Shown one piece after another: positions 63,201-64,000 of a stretch of 64,000 nt of DNA (positions within the stretch are counted from its first letter, which is position 1; each line of letters starts with the position of its first letter). A program made the position numbers and the translations under genes. The notes beneath the pieces were generated by a model. That model was not told where the DNA came from and ran no database searches. It saw only the letters and a list, made by a program, of their open reading frames with translations. The stretch comes from Chloropicon primus (taxonomy: Eukaryota): NCBI GenBank assembly GCA_023205875.1, contig CP060754.1, forward strand, positions 1,426,001 to 1,490,000, written 5' to 3'.

Positions 63201-64000
63201 CCTTCTTCGCGGGTTCTGTGAACACCCGGGCATTGTCTCGGTAAGCTGTCCTGACGAGACGCCTAACTGCTGTCTCGGAGGAAAGTTCGACTGTCATCAA
63301 TTTGACGGCCATGTCGCACACATTCTGTGGGCTCATGCCAGAAGGCAGTTCCTTCTCTACGAATTCGAAAGGATCCACATCAGGGTACTCCAGCTTGTGC
63401 TCCTGGGCCTCCGCCTCGATGTTCGCCGCAAATTGCACTGGGCTCAGACACAAGACTTTCAAAAATGAAGCTGGCACGTTCCTCCGCCAGTGGGAGAGCT
63501 GCTGTGTTTTCCCCGGCCTCTTTGATACGCCTGCAGCCTTGACATCCACATTCTGCATGATTGACTGATACATCTTGAACTTTGCGTCCGCGTCATCAAT
63601 GACTTGGTAATCAAATCGTTTGCTTTGTAGCAGCTGCATACAGTCCTTCTCGATGCCCTTGACAGTCTCGAGTTCCCCAGCTTCCTGGGCAGCCGCCTGC
63701 AAGTTCTTGTAGGCTTCCAAACGCTTCTGGGCCCTCTTGAAGTGAGAGTGCCACTCTTTGGAGAGTTCGTGAACTTTCCAGAGCAAATCCCACCTCCTTA
63801 CTTTTTCGCGCATCACATTCTCTTCGGAGAAGGACAATCCCATCTCAAAGAGGTCATACAAGTCCTCGCTACCCAGCATGGAAGGCTTGTCTTCCTCCCT
63901 CAAGCAAAGAAGCGGGCCGCAGTGCTCTTTCCTGTACATGGCAACAAAAGGGACCTCAAGGTGCTTCTGTTGGATGTCCCTCAACACGCTGGCCAGGGAC
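60298..64000 (-). CDS. SPT6: Transcription elongation factor SPT6 (5'-truncated by window)
   Basis: EVPFVAMYRKE, YqgF-like domain, FVAGLGSRKA, LDCTRIHPDAY, tandem SH2 (FRPSS, YEDLDEIVARFV), G/Y-rich tail. Confidence 0.93.
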   Translation of the reverse strand, partial: SLASVLRDIQQKHLEVPFVAMYRKEHCGPLLCLREEDKPSMLGSEDLYDLFEMGLSFSEENVMREKVRRWDLLWKVHELSKEWHSHFKRAQKRLEAYKNLQAAAQEAGELETVKGIEKDCMQLLQSKRFDYQVIDDADAKFKMYQSIMQNVDVKAAGVSKRPGKTQQLSHWRRNVPASFLKVLCLSPVQFAANIEAEAQEHKLEYPDVDPFEFVEKELPSGMSPQNVCDMAVKLMTVELSSETAVRRLVRTAYRDNARVFTEPAKKGSEIRDPMHKYCPVSSLDDKPLSSFKAAEWLYLVSAEREGLIRVTIKMPMDVLQEQVMSVFESLYMAPASSPVHKEWRNLRKKILQDAVYNYLLPMLKLEVKNALIQEAKGWVSQKLSDEMWKLLSVAPWKSEVSGDQGENTEKYIMSCVWGPAKDRSQGFSTTLVMLDTSGNLADFLEMPAFSGKLNWSDGTNIMSDVKSQAAAENVKRFIIAHKPQIIALGSGSVECVKLKNIMEIIVAEVLVNHTQEMKGAVESGDIPVILASQVIPHLWSGSEAALSELPQVPGSVKEAVALGRMFFDPLPVAASLFSNQNEVAGLNLHEAQQFLSVDEQLSALEQCLVTLVSQVGVDLNEAMLQTWKSYSLPFVAGLGSRKANILLEAIKKRGGYVDSRRQLSEILSPKVWENACALMRFQRDKMSYDGELLDCTRIHPDAYESVKKLAREIESEIDDDDEAVEALLDKAEHIKSYVVNKSIDKFHFKDYAEKHNANLKSLIDFAFELKSPFSDLRESWRMPGNMEEFLLASNEIRDMIKPGRLCNARVLYNRSLFDHQPREDDDPRGIKDLKIVELDCGILAILDAANNQPTGRNDNIRVRVLEIPTADETAKVKKKYFFKPARGKLKTIEVFSIIVGNSERALSDLDKWEDRYCTLAGYQKIQPDELTEEVMRPKKRKLVRRPIKHEKFQNYDYEQTKNYMEKCTSGDFLFRPSSGGVGKLSLTVKLTGKPMILLNEQIEEDKKAHEGRNTLSLGTPLRIKKSVNEEYEDLDEIVARFVEPLINKLDAVKAHPKFRRGTKAQVSEYLQAQVEKVKYKYAKAAFSLDEQHPGYVRLSYLKNKEGSRPSHERIGLSPDGYRFRGKEYSKLEKLYKVFIQHPDPKEDNARRDARKDGDRDYRDTRGGYSDSYRGERDYSRAQDYQASEAYGRGGGGYGQYQDYGYGGYNDQQASYGYGGQQGYDQQGYGYGAR

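Overview
Gene-dense, intron-poor, GC-rich eukaryotic nuclear DNA with about 30 protein genes and one intron-containing tRNA-Ile(UAU). A nuclear ATP synthase CF0-II gene with a transit peptide, TGTAA-type poly(A) signals, short GT-AG introns and GA microsatellites point to a compact-genome green alga (Chloropicon-like picoplankton; this is inference). Recognisable products include a MAK-like kinase (partial), PP2C-cNMP-kinase, RPN1, RAD6/UBC2, ARP7-like, two head-to-head CK2-alpha genes, Pumilio (frameshifted), LTD-CotH kinase, ZNF598/Hel2, SIMPL, atpG, INO1, BLD10/CEP135, a FAN-like BEACH-ARM protein, mL60, an EF-hand protein, TCD/tcdA, a double-domain adenylate kinase, CFAP20 and SPT6 (partial). 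The most striking unexplained structure is a fixed-spacing tripartite motif, TC(G/A)AG-N10-TTCGAAAG-N13-nnTTC, recurring in six head-to-head intergenic regions. In four of them it is paired 181-182 bp apart, through three unrelated duplications, and one 268-bp carrier is copied between two promoters. Also notable are a secreted protein with a land-plant-type eight-cysteine motif, an inverted CK2 pair with a ~704-bp near-identical tract, and a near-perfect 756-bp tandem duplication inside the adenylate kinase.
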